64,000 nucleotides of DNA from an uncultured Methanosarcinaceae archaeon (GCA_963847185.1 CAWJYV010000008.1:96001-160000), one strand, 5' to 3'. Shown: positions 40,151 through 51,296, counted from the stretch's first letter. The notes: a model not told the origin generated them from the letters alone. Program-made: numbers and translations.

Positions 40151-41632
40151 TCACCGCTGAGTTTTCTGGGCCATGCTCACATAGGCATGTACGGCAGCTG
40201 TGATAGCTGCAACCTTCTTGTCTTTTGCTTCCAGTGCTGAAGCCAGAGTAGCCCCTTTTTCTGCATCTGCTTTGACAACCTCTTCAACAGCTTCCAGAAT
40301 ATTATGATCTTCAATAAAAGCAGTTGTAAGATCCCCTTTGCGAAATACAGGGTTGCGCATAACTGCTTTGTGGAAGGGTATATTTGTCTTTACTCCAACG
40401 ACAACGTATTCGTAGAGGGCTCTATCCATCCTGGCAATAGCTACATCTCTTGTCTGTGCCCATACACAAAGTTTGGAGATCATTGAGTCATAATACGGAG
40501 AAATCGTATACCCTGTGTGTACCCCACTGTCAACTCTTACTCCAGGTCCGCCTGCAGACCGATATCTCCTTATCTTTCCGGGAGAAGGAGCGAAGTCGTT
40601 TAGCGGGTCCTCCGCATTAATCCTGCACTCAATAGCATGCCCGTTGATTATTATGTCTTCCTGGCTAAGTTCGAGTTTTTCTCCCCAGGCTATCCTGAGC
40701 TGTTCCCTTACAATATCAATACCCGTAACCATCTCAGTGATTCCATGTTCGACCTGCAAACGAGCATTGACCTCAAGGAAATAGAAATTACCCTTCGAAT
40801 AAAGAAACTCCACTGTTCCTGCGTTCACGTAACCGATAGATTTTGCTACTCTTACAGCGGCTCCTCCCATCTGTGCCCTGAGTTCGGGAGTCATGATAGG
40901 AGAAGGAGCCTCTTCAATAAGCTTCTGGTGTCTTCTCTGGATGGAGCATTCCCTGTCAGAGATATAAAGAGTATTTCCATAGGAGTCGGCAAGGATCTGA
41001 ATCTCTATGTGTCTGGGTTCCTCTACATATTTTTCAATGAAAACCGAAGAGTCTCCAAAAGCCGAACCTGCCATCTGTCTTGTGGAATTAAGTGCAGTAG
41101 CAAGCTCTTCTTTGCAGTGGACTACCTTCATTCCAATTCCCCCGCCTCCTGCAGAAGCTTTTATCAGAACAGGGTAGCCTATATTTTCTGCTATTTTTAG
41201 AGCTTCATCCACATCCTCAACTGCATCCTTAGTACCTGGCACTACAGGTACCCCTGCTTTCATCATGAGGTTCCTGGCTCTGATCTTGCTTCCCATTTCA
41301 GCAATCACATGGCTTGGAGGGCCTATGAAAATGATCCCTTCATCCTCGCAGCGCTTTGCAAAAGCAGGATTTTCTGAAAGGAACCCGTACCCTGGATGAA
41401 TCGCCTCGGCCCCTGTTTTCTTTGCAACCTCAAGGATGGCGTCCATATTCAGGTAGCTCTGGCTGGAAGGAGCAGGGCCTATGAGGTAGGCTTCATCTGC
41501 ATATTTGGCAAAAAGGGCGTTTTTGTCAGCTTCCGAGCAAACAGCTACGGTGGAGATTCCAAGCTCTCGGCAAGCACGCATAACTCTTATTGCAATTTCC
41601 CCGCGGTTTGCAACGAGTACTTTTTTGAACAT
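40151..41632 (-). CDS. pycA: Pyruvate carboxylase subunit A (biotin carboxylase)
   Basis: [34 protein letters not shown] and RINAED motifs. Confidence 0.93.
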   Translation of the reverse strand: MFKKVLVANRGEIAIRVMRACRELGISTVAVCSEADKNALFAKYADEAYLIGPAPSSQSYLNMDAILEVAKKTGAEAIHPGYGFLSENPAFAKRCEDEGIIFIGPPSHVIAEMGSKIRARNLMMKAGVPVVPGTKDAVEDVDEALKIAENIGYPVLIKASAGGGGIGMKVVHCKEELATALNSTRQMAGSAFGDSSVFIEKYVEEPRHIEIQILADSYGNTLYISDRECSIQRRHQKLIEEAPSPIMTPELRAQMGGAAVRVAKSIGYVNAGTVEFLYSKGNFYFLEVNARLQVEHGITEMVTGIDIVREQLRIAWGEKLELSQEDIIINGHAIECRINAEDPLNDFAPSPGKIRRYRSAGGPGVRVDSGVHTGYTISPYYDSMISKLCVWAQTRDVAIARMDRALYEYVVVGVKTNIPFHKAVMRNPVFRKGDLTTAFIEDHNILEAVEEVVKADAEKGATLASALEAKDKKVAAITAAVHAYVSMAQKTQR

Positions 41633-41651
41633 ATACTTTCCACCCGCTTAT

Positions 41652-43373
41652 TTACTCAATTGACATTATTATGTCACCAGGAGCTAACGTATCCCCTTCG
41701 GCAACAAAGATTTCCTTTACAGTACCTGAATGAGGAGCATGGACAGAGTTTTCCATCTTCATAGCTTCAATGACAGCAACTGTATCTCCTTCGGAAACAA
41801 TGTCCTCAACCTTAACCTTAAGAGAAAGAACCATGCCCTGCATTGAACTGCTAACAGCTCCTTTAACGGACTCAGCAGTCGGCTTTTTGGGGGATGCTTC
41901 GGATATAGAAACTCCGCCGCCTAGAGGTTCGATTTTGACTTCATAGATTTCATCATCTACCTCTACCTTGAAATGAGTTGGAATTGTATATTCCTGCTTG
42001 AACGAAGGGGTAGGGGCAACTACTGCGAGAGCTTCTTCTTCCATTTCTCCTTTCAGGAATTTGGGGGCGATGGCTGGGTAGAGAATATAGGTAAGAATAT
42101 CTTCTTCGGATTTGGCAATGCCCATTTCCTCTGCTTCCTTTTTCCTTTTCTCGTATTCAGGTTTCAGGAGATCTGCAGGACGGCAGTGAATGGGTTCTTC
42201 GTCTCCGATAATCTTGCCTACTATTTCAGGGCTTATAGGAGCAGGAGACCGTCCGTAAAGTCCGCGGACATAATCCTTTACTTCCTTAGGAATGACCTTG
42301 TAGCGTTCGCCCATGAGCACATTGAGAACTGCCTGAGTACCCACTATCTGGCTTGTGGGGGTAACAAGAGGCGGATATCCGAGTTCCTTTCTAACTTTTG
42401 GCATTTCACTTAGAACAGCACGGTACTTGTCAAGAGCATTCTGCTCTTTTAATTGAGAAACCAGATTTGAGAGCATTCCGCCAGGAATCTGGTATATAAG
42501 AACGTTAGTATCGATTTGTTCGGAAATTGGGTCAAGAATCCCTCTGTATTTTTCTTTTAAATCTTTAAAATATGCGACAACTTCCTCTAAAGCTCCAAGA
42601 TCCAGGCCAGTGTCGTAAGGCGTGCCTTTTAGGGCTGCTATAACGGTCTCGGTCGGAGGTTGAGAAGTTCCCCAGGCAAGGGGAGAAAGTGCAGTATCAA
42701 GGATGTCCACTCCTGCTCCACAGGCTGCCATGTAACTCATAGGAGCCATTCCTGAGGTGCAGTGGCAGTGGAGGGAAATAGGAATAGAGATTTCCTTCTT
42801 CATGGCGGTAATTATATCTATAGCTTCATGAGGTGAAAGAAGGCCTGCCATATCCTTGATGCAAAGAGAGTCACACTCAAGCTCTTCAAGCTGTTTTGCA
42901 AGCTCTACATACTTTTCAACTGTATGTACCGGACTTATGGTATAACAAACAGTACCCTGTACATGGGCGCCAAGTTTTTTTGCAACTTTAATAGAGCATT
43001 CCATGTTCCTGATATCGTTTACAGCATCAAAGACCCGGAAAATGTCAATTCCGTTTTCATAAGATTTGGTAACGAACTTCTCAACTACATCATCTGAATA
43101 ATGTCTGTATCCTACAAGGTTCTGGCCCCGGAGTAACATCTGGGTGTAGGTATTGTCCATTTTTTTCTTGATGTCCCTCAGACGATGCCAGGGGTCTTCG
43201 TTCAGGTAACGAATACAGCTGTCAAAGGTTGCGCCTCCCCACATCTCAAGGGAGAAATACCCGATCTGGTCCAATTGTTCAACCACTTCGAGCATGTCTC
43301 TTGTCCGCATTCTTGTTGCCAGGAGGGACTGGTGTGCATCCCGGAGGATGGTTTCAGTAATTTTTACACTCAT
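41652..43373 (-). CDS. pycB: Pyruvate carboxylase subunit B
   Basis: RDAHQSL, WGGATFD, KDMAG, HCH motifs; biotinylation site EAMKM. Confidence 0.93.
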   Translation of the reverse strand: MSVKITETILRDAHQSLLATRMRTRDMLEVVEQLDQIGYFSLEMWGGATFDSCIRYLNEDPWHRLRDIKKKMDNTYTQMLLRGQNLVGYRHYSDDVVEKFVTKSYENGIDIFRVFDAVNDIRNMECSIKVAKKLGAHVQGTVCYTISPVHTVEKYVELAKQLEELECDSLCIKDMAGLLSPHEAIDIITAMKKEISIPISLHCHCTSGMAPMSYMAACGAGVDILDTALSPLAWGTSQPPTETVIAALKGTPYDTGLDLGALEEVVAYFKDLKEKYRGILDPISEQIDTNVLIYQIPGGMLSNLVSQLKEQNALDKYRAVLSEMPKVRKELGYPPLVTPTSQIVGTQAVLNVLMGERYKVIPKEVKDYVRGLYGRSPAPISPEIVGKIIGDEEPIHCRPADLLKPEYEKRKKEAEEMGIAKSEEDILTYILYPAIAPKFLKGEMEEEALAVVAPTPSFKQEYTIPTHFKVEVDDEIYEVKIEPLGGGVSISEASPKKPTAESVKGAVSSSMQGMVLSLKVKVEDIVSEGDTVAVIEAMKMENSVHAPHSGTVKEIFVAEGDTLAPGDIIMSIE

Positions 43374-43845
43374 GGATGAACCTCTTAAAATCGAATCAAA
43401 ATAATATTTCTATTCTTAATAGCGATTTAATCGATATCTTTCCGGGAATTCATCTATAATTTCCGGATCTATTGGAGGTTAATATTTTGATTCGGTTTGA
43501 GTAAAGCGTATAAATCCCCTGATTGCTATTTTTGCTGCAGTTTCCTGCGATTTTACTGGAGAAAGGGTTTCCCAGATTAGAAGTAATCGGGTCTCCGAAA
43601 TCGCAAACAGGAGAAAATAAATTTTACAAATCTAAACGCAATGCTCGATCGGTATTGCGTTTAGAAGAATTCTTTAATATACAATTGTTAACAAGTATAT
43701 ACTTTTCGCCTCGTTAACATTAAAAAAGTATGGTTTCTCGGGAAAACTCCGGTTTGAATAAAGCTAAAAATCTGAAAAGAACCTTTAGTCTCTAGCAATC
43801 CCTTTTAATCTCTAGATATAAGCTTTTAAACTCACATTTCGCAAA

Positions 43846-44802
43846 TTAAGTTTTTTGCTTTTTTCCCACAAAAAACCATTGATCATAAGTTCCTTCTGAG
43901 TCCGTATTATCTATAATTTCCCCTTTGATCCCTGTCCTGCGCAAGGCATCGGCGAGTATTTCAATTTCAGGCTTGCTACTAACCGTAAATAGCAAAAGAG
44001 CGTTTTCACGTGCAACCTTGACAGCCTCCCTCATAATTCCTGTCCAGAGTTCTTTATTAAACTCATAGACAAGCCCAAGCATAAATCCCATTACCGCATC
44101 AAAGCTCTCAGGCTCAAAGTATTTTGAAAGAACAGTTGCATCCATCACAGTGACTTTTTGCGGGTTAAGAACTCCCTGTTCAAGTCCCTGACAGACCGCA
44201 CATTTGTTAATCTCCACTGCCAGAGGATCCAGTCCAAGCCTGTACAGGGCAAGTGTGGACATCCCATTCCCGCAGCAAACTTCAAGCAGCCTACCTTCAG
44301 GGTAAAGACCCTTTTTTTGAAGAAAATCAAAGATCTCTGCTACCCTCCGTACACGGTTTTCTGAGAAAACATTTCCATATGATTCAGGTCTGACAGTGCA
44401 TCCAGTACAGAGATTCCTACTTACAAGCATCAGTGAATAGTACTCATTCACCGCATCGTGCCAGTGTTCAGAAGAAAGTTCAATGTCCTTTTCAGGAGGA
44501 TTGAAAACAAGAATAGAATCTACCGCCGCCTCAAACTTTTTCTTCAATGGAGCTGTCGCAAAAAATCCCGTAAAAACCGACCAGAAATCCACAGGAACAT
44601 CCTCATCTGCCGGATTGAATAACGCTAGCCCTATTGTATGATCCCCTTCCCTAACCCTGAGAAGCCGCATTCGCCCTTCCTCCGAAAAGTTCCTGATACC
44701 TTCAAGATACTGAAGCGTACGCTGAATAGTTCTCTGGGCGAGATAACTCTCCTCAACGAAGTAGATCTCTTCATCAATGCCTAGGAGTTCCTGTAAAAGC
44801 AT
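43846..44802 (-). CDS. Class I SAM-dependent methyltransferase
   Basis: LLEVCCGNG motif I; VMDA; FDAV. Confidence 0.75.
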   Translation of the reverse strand: MLLQELLGIDEEIYFVEESYLAQRTIQRTLQYLEGIRNFSEEGRMRLLRVREGDHTIGLALFNPADEDVPVDFWSVFTGFFATAPLKKKFEAAVDSILVFNPPEKDIELSSEHWHDAVNEYYSLMLVSRNLCTGCTVRPESYGNVFSENRVRRVAEIFDFLQKKGLYPEGRLLEVCCGNGMSTLALYRLGLDPLAVEINKCAVCQGLEQGVLNPQKVTVMDATVLSKYFEPESFDAVMGFMLGLVYEFNKELWTGIMREAVKVARENALLLFTVSSKPEIEILADALRRTGIKGEIIDNTDSEGTYDQWFFVGKKQKT

Positions 44803-44841
44803 ATTTGTGTAGATCAGGATAATCTCATATCAAGATTTCGA

Positions 44842-45060
44842 AATTCTAAACCATGAATTAGTCTTCTTGAGCGCAGTGAAAAGGACCGCGTACTGTTGCG
44901 ATTACATCGCAGCTCCCAGAAAATCTCTGATTTTCTGCGATCCCAAGGCGCAATTTGGAAAGCTGAACTCGTAATTCTAATTCATAAATTCGTCCTCTTG
45001 AGCTAGCGAAAAGGACCTCGTGCTCCCGATGCGAAACTCGGGATGCTCAACTCGGAATTT
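44842..45060 (+). repeat. Two tandem copies (long and short) of a structured intergenic repeat
   Basis: AATTCTAA..CATRAATT.GTC..CTTGAGC..AG.GAAAAGGACC core repeated at about 44842 and 44973; multiple hairpins. Confidence 0.8.
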
Positions 45061-45250
45061 ATAAAAATATTTATAGATAAACAAAGAGATAAATAAGCAC
45101 TAAAAGATAAATAAAGGGGAAAATGGGCATTAAAAGCTGAATAAGAGGAAAAAGGAGCCTAGCATAAGCAAAGTTATTTATAGGATCTAATTACAAAATC
45201 AAGGATTAAAAGGAATTAATATCAATAAAAAAAGTAGAATGGAGGATAAT

Positions 45251-45460
45251 ATGGCAAAAGTAATACCATTCGCACCAATAGAACGTTTAATAAGAACAGC
45301 AGGTGCTCACAGGGTAAGTGAAAGTGCAGGAATGGCTCTTACAGAAATTCTTGAAGAGTACGGACTTGATATTTCAAGGGAAGCAATAAAACTCGCAGAG
45401 CATGCAGGCAGAAAAACCGTAAAAGCTGAAGACATTAAATTAGCAAAAGAGATGCTTTGA
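45251..45460 (+). CDS. Archaeal histone
   Basis: IPFAPIERLIR..GA.RVS...A.HAGRKTVKAEDI histone fold; GGAGG RBS. Confidence 0.95.
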   Translation: MAKVIPFAPIERLIRTAGAHRVSESAGMALTEILEEYGLDISREAIKLAEHAGRKTVKAEDIKLAKEML

Positions 45461-45612
45461 GTTAAGAAAGATTCCCTAAAGGTAAATTTCATTAAGATCA
45501 GCCTTTAGGAAAAACAGAAAATGAAATGCTGAAAAACAGCATTTTTCCTATTTTTACTGTTTTGAAAGCTATAATCTGTACAAATTTTGTTATATGCCAG
45601 GTCTTCACTTCA

Positions 45613-46260
45613 TCATGCGCTTTTTGGATCACGCTTGCTCTGAATATATGCGATAATGCCTGGAAGTAATGAAACAATAATTATCCCAAGTATTACAAAG
45701 CTGAAGTTATCTTTTACAACTGGCAAGTTCCCAAAAAAGTATCCTCCTAAAAGGAATGACACTACCCATGCAACTCCCCCAATGACATTATAGCTAATGA
45801 ATGTCGAATAGGGCATTATTCCAATTCCTGCTACAAACGGTGCAAAGGTACGGATAATAGGGACAAATCGGGCTATAATTATCGTTTTTATCCCATGTTT
45901 CTCAAAGAATGCATGTGTACGGTCAAGATGTTCCTGTTTAATAAACCGTATATTTTCACGATTTGCTACTCTATCTCTAAATAAATGACCTATTTGATAA
46001 TTGACAGTATCTCCTGCAATAGCTGCGATACATAGAACAACTAATATGGTAAATAAGTCGAGTGAACCACTCGCAGCCAGAGCTCCAGTTGCGAAGATGA
46101 GAGAATCGCCCGGTAAGAAGGGAGTTATCACCAGCCCTGTCTCACAAAAGACAATAACAAATAACAGTAAATATGTTAATAGACCATACTCACTTGTTAT
46201 TGCACTTAAGTGGGTGTCAAGATGCAAAAATAAATCAATAAAATAACCTGGATCTGTCAT
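45613..46260 (-). CDS. DedA family membrane protein
   Basis: ETGL..PFLPGDSL and RFVPIIRTFAPF motifs. Confidence 0.92.
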   Translation of the reverse strand: MTDPGYFIDLFLHLDTHLSAITSEYGLLTYLLLFVIVFCETGLVITPFLPGDSLIFATGALAASGSLDLFTILVVLCIAAIAGDTVNYQIGHLFRDRVANRENIRFIKQEHLDRTHAFFEKHGIKTIIIARFVPIIRTFAPFVAGIGIMPYSTFISYNVIGGVAWVVSFLLGGYFFGNLPVVKDNFSFVILGIIIVSLLPGIIAYIQSKRDPKSA

Positions 46261-46346
46261 ATGAACACTTCGATAATAAAATATGTTATTTATATTATTG
46301 GCTGAAAGATTTTCTTATTTCGATTTTTCTTTTCTTAGCATATACT

Positions 46347-46479
46347 GGAACTCATCCCAAAACCAGTATTATTCTCAAAATCGATAAGAGTTTTAGAACT
46401 ATTTTCCATGATGGAAAACTTATTGATTATCCCTAATTTGAGATTTGGAGACGCAGTTTTGAGTTATGAGATAGGCTCT
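46347..46479. mobile_element. MITE-like element with imperfect TIRs and target-site duplication
   Basis: Left end GGAACTCATCCCAAAAC; right end reverse complement AGAGCCTATCTCATAAC; flanked on both sides by (T)ATACT. Confidence 0.7.
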
Positions 46480-46587
46480 ATACTAATTCCGTATACTTTA
46501 TTTGTATAAAAAATATAATACAGTGAGGTGTATTTCAATCTTTCCTCAGAGATCTGATATAAGGTCATGTTTGAAGCTCATTGAATA

Positions 46588-47604
46588 TTAATCTGAGTTA
46601 GTAAGTGCAAAATGCGCAAGCAGGGCTTCCAGCTGGATCTTTTCACTAGCTCCCTCAGTGAGCCTGAAATCTATCTCTCCGATTATATCTACAAGTTCTA
46701 CAATTTGCTTTTCGGAGAGCCCCAGGTCCAGCACTAAACTCTTATCCATCTCGGAAACTGCTCTATAAATCTGTCCGATTATATCCTCTCCGGAGAGCCC
46801 TTCTTCGTAGAGCAGTCTGTTGAGTTCCTTCCTGGCAGCTCTAAAGTTTCCAAGTAACGCAGTTTCGATAAGTCTCTTGATTTCTTCAGGGTTTGCGGTT
46901 GCAGTAGTCCTGTAGATGGTTTCTCTGGATATGGGTTTTTCCGGATCGATAAAAGCTGCAGCCTGAAGAGAATTTACGGCTTTTCTCATATCTCCCTGAG
47001 CCACGTAGACAAGAGCTTCATATCCGTCTTCAGTGATTGACAAATCCTGGTCCTGAGCGATATATTCAAGGCGTTTTCGGACTGCGTCACCAGAAAGTCT
47101 CCTGAACCTGTAGACTGCACAGCGAGATTGAATAGGCTCAATTATCTTGGAGGAGTAGTTGCAGGAAAGGATGAAACGACAGTTACTGCTGAAGCGCTCC
47201 ATAGTCCTTCTTAGTGCTGATTGGGCATCCGAGGTCAGTGCATCGGCTTCATCCAGGAAAATTATCTTGAACCCGGCTCCGCCTATAGGAGCAGTTTTCG
47301 CAAAATTTTTAATTTTAGTTCGAACAACATCGATACCTCTCTCATCTGATGCATTGAGTTCGGTAAAGTTTTCACGCCAGAGATCCTCTCCGAAAATCTC
47401 TCTTGCAATAGAAACTGCAGAAGCAGTTTTCCCTACCCCCGGAGGCCCGGAAAAGAGTAGATGAGGGAGATTTTTCGTTGCAACATAGGACTTCAGACGT
47501 TCGATGGTTTCCTCCTGCCCTGCCACCTGGTCCAGCCTGACAGGCCTGTATTTTTCGATCCAGATCTCTTCTTTAATCGTATAGCCCTCCATTAGTGCTT
47601 GCAC
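46588..47604 (-). CDS. rfcS: Replication factor C small subunit
   Basis: [28 protein letters not shown] and SRC motifs. Confidence 0.96.
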   Translation of the reverse strand: MQALMEGYTIKEEIWIEKYRPVRLDQVAGQEETIERLKSYVATKNLPHLLFSGPPGVGKTASAVSIAREIFGEDLWRENFTELNASDERGIDVVRTKIKNFAKTAPIGGAGFKIIFLDEADALTSDAQSALRRTMERFSSNCRFILSCNYSSKIIEPIQSRCAVYRFRRLSGDAVRKRLEYIAQDQDLSITEDGYEALVYVAQGDMRKAVNSLQAAAFIDPEKPISRETIYRTTATANPEEIKRLIETALLGNFRAARKELNRLLYEEGLSGEDIIGQIYRAVSEMDKSLVLDLGLSEKQIVELVDIIGEIDFRLTEGASEKIQLEALLAHFALTNSD

Positions 47605-48103
47605 CTTAATTAGAGAATATAATATTTAAACTTTCGAATGTTTACGCTTTTTGCTGTACATCGACTGCATTTCGAAGAACAAAGGATCTGCGAAATTATG
47701 TCAGATAAATTTACAGGAAGCAGTTTCCAGGCAAAAATGAAATCCACAGATAAAAAGGTATGGGACTAAAATCGAAAATCAATTAAAAATGTCGGTCAAT
47801 TAACTTGAGCTCTCAGGGTTATTTGCTTACGTTAACTGAGAATTATTGTTATATTTATTATACTTTTATTATACTTTTTATATTTATTATATTTTATTAT
47901 ATTTTTCCATTATTATCCTGCGGTTTTTCGATCGAACATTTCGGATTTCCGAAAAACATGTGAAACTTAATTCAGAAAGGTTACTCGACTATAGTTTTAT
48001 CAATTTAGTACATTTGAATGCCGATCAAGAATATAGCGGTTATCTTACATAAATTAATTACCTTGAAATCAGTATATTTTAAAATTTTATTTGAGGAGTA
48101 GCT

Positions 48104-49165
48104 ATGGACAAATTAACTGAAGAACTCAAAGAAATGGCTTTAACTCTTGGAGCTTTCAAAGTAGGAATTGTAACTAAAGAAACACTCTCAGGGGGCCCTC
48201 CTTCTGCAGACCTGACTTATGTGCTACCAGAGGCAAAATCAGCTGTTTGCTTTGCACTGGCTTTTGATCAGAGCCTTATCGATCCTTACTTTAAGAAAGA
48301 GGATCATAGGTCCCTCGAAACTAATAAGGTTCGAACCACCACCCTTGCCAACGGGATTGCTCTTGAAATGGCAGGGTTCTTGCAGCAGTATGGATACAAT
48401 GCTGTCCCTCTGGCTGCAAATTTCGTGTATCGGCAGGATACGGAAAACTGGCTGCTGGATATGCACCCTCCTATTTCCCACAGGTATCTTGCGGTCCGCT
48501 CAGGTATAGGGCATTTCGGATATTCAGGAAACGTTATTACAAAGGAATACGGGTCCGCGATTGTCCTGGCGTCTGTCGTTACGGATGCGGAACTAACTCC
48601 AACGGACCCTCTTCCTGAAGAAGAAAACTACTGTGACGAATGTAAACTCTGCCTTTCAGTCTGTTCCTCCGGATATGTGGATCCTGTTGAAAAAGTTACT
48701 GTAACCCTTGGAGGAAAAGAGTTTAGCTACGGAAAGCGAAGAAGCAATAGCCGCTGTTTCCTTGTCTGCGGGGGACTTACAGGCTTGAATTCTTCAGGAA
48801 AGTGGTCCACATGGTCTCCGGCGCGCTTTAAAATCCCCGAAAAAGATGAAGATTTCATTGCTGCACTACCCGGAACTATAGAAGCTTACCTTAAAAGACC
48901 GAAGATAAATGGCGGATTTTTTATATGTCTTATTCCTGGGTCCAGGATGGAATATACCTGTTCTAACTGTCATTTCGTTTGTCATCCTAAAAAAGAAGTC
49001 CGAAAGGCTCGATACAGGATGCTTACGGAAAGCGGTGTGGTTATACAGGAACCTGATGGAACCCGCAGAGCGGTACCTCCTGAAGAGGCAAAAGAATACC
49101 TCAAATCTATGTCTCCGGAAAGAAGAAAGTTATATGAGTCTATTCCAGAAGAAGAGACAGTTTAA
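48104..49165 (+). CDS. Epoxyqueuosine-reductase/reductive-dehalogenase-like Fe-S protein
   Basis: ISHRYLAVRSGIG.FG, CDECKLCLSVC and CSNCHFVC motifs. Confidence 0.75.
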   Translation: MDKLTEELKEMALTLGAFKVGIVTKETLSGGPPSADLTYVLPEAKSAVCFALAFDQSLIDPYFKKEDHRSLETNKVRTTTLANGIALEMAGFLQQYGYNAVPLAANFVYRQDTENWLLDMHPPISHRYLAVRSGIGHFGYSGNVITKEYGSAIVLASVVTDAELTPTDPLPEEENYCDECKLCLSVCSSGYVDPVEKVTVTLGGKEFSYGKRRSNSRCFLVCGGLTGLNSSGKWSTWSPARFKIPEKDEDFIAALPGTIEAYLKRPKINGGFFICLIPGSRMEYTCSNCHFVCHPKKEVRKARYRMLTESGVVIQEPDGTRRAVPPEEAKEYLKSMSPERRKLYESIPEEETV

Positions 49166-49264
49166 AAAGTAGAATTAATTCAAAAAAGGGCAGAACCGAA
49201 AAATGCATGAGTAATTCAAAAAACGTAAATTGCCCTTCTTCAGGAAAATGATCTCTACAAAGGC

Positions 49265-49822
49265 TTAGTCCAGATATACCGTATGCAGGGTTTCATAGAT
49301 AGGACCCTCTGGAGTCAGCGTACTTTTTTTTAATAGCACTTTATCTACTCTCATGCTTCCGAGTTCCACATCTTTGATCTCTTTAATTATATTTATTAAA
49401 TTATTTTTCTGGTCTTTATTGAGGAATTTTATCCTGGCAAGAGTCGCATGAGCGGTAAACTCCCTGTAATCTTTCTCAAATTTAAAAGGCTTAAGCAAAT
49501 TCTCAACATCGCCATGTAAAGCCCTGAAATTTCCGGTTGCACCCAGCCAGAGAACTTTAGGATTTGAGGGTTTTGGGAAAACTCCTATTCCTCCTACCCT
49601 GGCCTCAAAAGGCTCACACATAATAGAGTCAAGAGCTGCAGAAAGAGCTGGAATTCTTGATTCGTCAACATCTCCCAGAAACTTCAATGTTATATGGACA
49701 AGTTCAGGATCAACAAATTTTAGATTAAAATCAAAGAATCTACTCTGAAGTTCCTGAATTTTCTCCCTGAACCCTGGATCTAACTCCACCGCTATAAAAG
49801 TCCTGATCAAAACTTTCACCAA
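49265..49822 (-). CDS. thpR: RNA 2',3'-cyclic phosphodiesterase (2H family)
   Basis: RTFIA, HITLKFLG, HATLAR and STLTPEGPIY motifs. Confidence 0.92.
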   Translation of the reverse strand: MVKVLIRTFIAVELDPGFREKIQELQSRFFDFNLKFVDPELVHITLKFLGDVDESRIPALSAALDSIMCEPFEARVGGIGVFPKPSNPKVLWLGATGNFRALHGDVENLLKPFKFEKDYREFTAHATLARIKFLNKDQKNNLINIIKEIKDVELGSMRVDKVLLKKSTLTPEGPIYETLHTVYLD

Positions 49823-50239
49823 TATGAATTAAAAAAATAACCAGAAAAATCTTCCTATAAGTGTCTTTCCAAAATAGTTATGTTTACTTTTTGTTTTAGT
49901 AGGGATTACAAACCAGGGCATGTATACTTTGAAAAAAATTTGTACAAAATAGATGTTAAAAGGCTTGAAAAAAGAACAATCCGAACTCAAAGCGATTACA
50001 GAGTAATTATAATATATCAGATCTAACGTACAGAAGAATAAATAAGCGTAACTATATATAAAGTAATTACTAATGTTAACCTAAGGAGAATGACGTTAAC
50101 CAAAAATATACAAATTTAAAAAATACAAATTCAAAAATAATCACGTAAAATTAACAAAGCAATATTGGACCAAAAAATAATATTAATTTCAAGAACAAAG
50201 AGGAGAACCGCAAATAAATTGCTGTTATAATAAAAAGCG

Positions 50240-51124
50240 GTGGATCAAATGGAGAAAGCACGTATTATTGCAGAAACGGCAGCCCGGATTTCCATAGAAC
50301 TTAATGCTGCCGCAATCATGGTTTCCGGGGACCTGAGCTTTGAAGGGATCGAAACTGGGGGAGTTCCGGTCTACTATATTTCCCTGCGCCCGAAAAGCAT
50401 GATAGACCATCTGGTATCCACGGGCAAAGATGGAATAAATCCTGTAAAGGAGCTCGGTGACCAGATAAGCCGGGAAGCCTCAAGTAATGCTGATCACCTG
50501 CAACAGGCTGCGGCTATGGAATACGTGCTTGAAGAAGTAAAAAGTGGAGTTGTTATAGGTGTCGTCGAGACTCGTGGCTCCAGTTCGATTATTGTGCATA
50601 ACATCGATGAAAACCCTCTTGTGAAGGCCATGAAGGAATGTCAGGAAAGAATAAAGCCTGAAGTTATGAGTGCAATTATGAAAATCTCTTTTGACATTGC
50701 TCTGGCGGGCAGAGAAGGAAAAAAAATAGGATCTGCCTTTATTGTCGGTGACTCCGAAGAAGTCTTGAAGCGTTCTCACCAGATAATACTTAATCCTTAT
50801 GAAGGTCATGAAAGATCTTATCGGGATGTTCTTGACAAAAGAAATTGGGAGTCGATAAAGGAATTTGCCCAGCTTGATGGAGTTTTCGTGATAGACGAGA
50901 CAGGCTTTATTCATGCGGCAGGGCGCTATCTTGATGTTGATGGGAGAAATGTGGATATTGAAAAAGGGCTAGGTGGAAGGCATGTTTCAGCAGCCGCGAT
51001 CAGCAGAGATACTGTTGCTATTGCTGTCACGATATCCGAGTCAGGTGGAGTGCTTAGAATTTATAAAGATGCAAAAGAAACAATCTGCATGGAAGCATTA
51101 AAAGCTTCGATGAAATACTTTTGA
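50240..51124 (+). CDS. dacZ: Diadenylate cyclase
   Basis: GREGKKIG, KEFAQLDGVF, GLGGRH and SESGG DAC-domain motifs. Confidence 0.85.
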   Translation: MDQMEKARIIAETAARISIELNAAAIMVSGDLSFEGIETGGVPVYYISLRPKSMIDHLVSTGKDGINPVKELGDQISREASSNADHLQQAAAMEYVLEEVKSGVVIGVVETRGSSSIIVHNIDENPLVKAMKECQERIKPEVMSAIMKISFDIALAGREGKKIGSAFIVGDSEEVLKRSHQIILNPYEGHERSYRDVLDKRNWESIKEFAQLDGVFVIDETGFIHAAGRYLDVDGRNVDIEKGLGGRHVSAAAISRDTVAIAVTISESGGVLRIYKDAKETICMEALKASMKYF

Positions 51125-51296
51125 GTTCTTTAAACCTCATAATTTTTAGTTTTGAGTTCAAAAATCTTTAATTTAGAATATCAAATGACGAACATTTTAA
51201 ATAAAAAAAGAATGATAAACTGTCACATATGTTCGTAAATAACGAAAAATATGTGATTTATAATACTCCTAAAACTGAAGAAAAAAGAGTGATCCC

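Noticed and set aside
47700-47920. Possible replication origin (AT-rich TATTATA repeats upstream of rfcS)
   Set aside because: No convincing repeated ORB boxes with G-strings and no orc1/cdc6 gene nearby
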